Shown here in pieces: positions 62,030 through 64,000 of a stretch of DNA of 64,000 nt; the stretch's first letter is position 1, and each line of letters starts with the position of its first letter. Location of the stretch: NCBI GenBank assembly GCA_030704615.1, contig CM060733.1:66898001-66962000 (forward strand). Direction: 5' to 3'. Source of the DNA: Takakia lepidozioides (Eukaryota; Plantae; Bryophyta). Under the pieces are notes generated by a model. It worked only from the letters and a program-made list of their open reading frames with translations, was not told the origin of the DNA and ran no database searches. The position numbers were made by a program, and so were the translations under genes.

Positions 62030-62932
62030 CCCCTACAGGAACCTGCACGGATGAAGATTGGTTGCTCCATGAATGTAGCCGTTTCAGTTTCCTTCCCTGC
62101 CATGCAAACTATGGGCAGTAAGTGCCAGGTGGGCCTATAGCCACTCGAGACGACGAAGTGTGGATGAGAAAGAGGTATCGGTTCATCCACCGCTGGCGTG
62201 ATGAACACGTTACACGATGATTGGTGGGTACATGGGACCCAGATGCTCCATTATTGGATCCCGCACTGCTCTTCCGCTTCTCATCATTTCGAAAATCTAA
62301 GGGCTTCGTTGTTGTCCGCAAGGTCATTGTCATCGGCATCAAAGACGTCCTCAGGTCCTCCTTTGCAAGGATGTCGTGCTTCCAGAACCGGGACGACTGC
62401 CCTTATGGAGGCATCGATTATGCAATGTATTCGGCCACATCGGGAGACATCGTTATCTGGTACACAGTTTACACAGAAGATACTGGTTCGAATGTGGAAA
62501 CATTGTCCGCTTTTGAGTATATCCCAGGCCACTACGCCTTCGAGCGGGGTGACAATCTTGGTCTGAGGAGTCTGTGGCTCCTGCGCATCCTTGATTCCAA
62601 TTTTCCCAGCTATGACGGGCACCCATGCAGAAAAATGTGCACTGCTATGCTGTTGCGGTGGAACTGCTGCCAGTGGACGTGGGTGGACTCCATCGAAGAG
62701 ACGTATACTCCTGAAGGAGTGCGCTCCTCTTCTCCATTGTCTGGGGACATTTGCATTGGTGTGGACGACGAACGTGAAGCTTTCCATATTCGATGGTGGT
62801 ATGATTGAAGGGCACGACATTGTGGTGAACATCAACAGGGGCGGTACAACGGCTGCAATCTCGTTTACCTGGAGGAGCCCGATGACTCATGAGCTAGTTT
62901 TCAGCGCAGTCGAAGTCCCATTGACAACGTGA
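62030..62932 (+). pseudogene. Unknown protein (stops, frameshift near 62775), paralogue of 61334..62017
   Basis: ORFs 62221..62808 and 62591..62932; the upstream TGTCTDEDW segment also occurs at ~48784 in the 8.1-kb copy. Confidence 0.6.
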
Positions 62933-63299
62933 CTTGTATTCAGAAGGCACAGGGCCAAAGATTTGTTTGCACAATCAGCACAGTAGACGTGCTTCAAATG
63001 CAATTCATGTGGATCAATAAAAACCCCATTGTGCCCTCTTTTTGTTCTATTATGTATCCATCGTTCCCAGAATGCATCATTCCTCATTTCGTTTGGGATT
63101 GGGAGTGTGGGTGGATTTTGCAAGTGGCTGGTAGGCTGAAATGGGCCCTCATTCTACAGAGCAGTACCACCCTACCATTCGCGAAACATTGCCTTTCAAT
63201 TTGGTAATTCTAAAAAACATTGCCGAACCTCCATCATCGGGAGGTCTTTCTCCCCCAATGACCATGACACCCTCAACCCTATTCCCGCGGACACTCATT

Positions 63300-63373
63300 T
63301 CTGGAAAATAGTCCTGCTCATGTTTTTTTCGACACTTACGACTCCGCTCATGGCTCATGAAATAGCAGCCCCC
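63300..63373. repeat. GGGGG-type terminus of a Mutator-like copy
   Basis: CCGCTCATGGCTCATGAAATAGCAGCCCCC. Confidence 0.85.
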
Positions 63374-64000
63374 TTTACCCAATACCCTATACCCTACCCT
63401 ATACCCAATGGCACCTTTCTTTAGTCGTTGCCGACTATGAGTACAATGTCTGAGTCCAATAGTCGGCGCCGACCACGAGCAACAACACTACTGCCGACTA
63501 CCGGAATGTTTGCCGACTACAACGAGCCTACATATTCTTTTTCGACCGCTACTTCCCACACCCAATTTGTTGTATGACATATGCGAAGGGTGGGTGAATT
63601 GCATTGACAATTATGTACCTGTACAGGAGCCTGCGAGCTGGTAAAGCTCCACCAGGCTGCTCAATAATTGGCCAACTGCGGGCAGGCCCATCCTTCATCT
63701 CGCACCAGAATAGCTCCTTCCAGAACTTGAGGCGGAAATCGTCCACCCAGACAGAGAGGGTCTTCAGAGTGGGAGCCTCTTCCTGGGTTGGCAGTTGCAA
63801 GAACCCTTTCTCAACCAACATGGCCAACTGCCGCTCTGCTTCCACCTTTTGCTGCGAGTCCACCACGTTAATTGTTAGAGATGAGAAATTGCAACAATAA
63901 CTGTAACATGAAGCCACCACCAGTATTGCCAACATCTTACCTGGAACCACCATGTCATTTTGTTGCACCACAAGCCAAACACCACATCTGTTGGAGCATG

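Noticed and set aside
63376-63410. Telomere-like ACCCTAT repeats (and TTAGGG in array B1)
   Set aside because: Too short and irregular; not tandem TTTAGGG.

Overview
Eukaryotic, repeat-dense window, most likely from a non-seed land plant (PLS-type PPR remnants, OSB-type PDF motifs, plant pICln fragments, GT-AG introns, chromovirus). I see no intact host gene; the window is nested, decayed transposons. In order: a LINE fragment; two inverted solo-LTR-like units; a Ty3/gypsy element whose pol carries a C5 cytosine methyltransferase between protease and RT plus a C-terminal PHD finger; a CACTA transposase fragment; a chromovirus; and, from about 16 to 63 kb, at least five partial copies of one unusual large Mutator-like DNA transposon family. 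That family combines a GCM-like/MULE-DDE/SWIM transposase, a divergently oriented multi-exon gene encoding a ParB-like (DGNHR) domain plus a beta-class amino-methyltransferase fold (DIPD in place of DPPY), and arrays of 22-32 bp palindromes with subfamily-specific arms around a shared CGGYRCCG core. One 8.1-kb copy has both termini and an 8-bp TSD. A TSD-bounded non-autonomous CACTA carries OSB/PPR gene fragments. All domain calls are by-eye motif recognition without database searches; internal boundaries are approximate.
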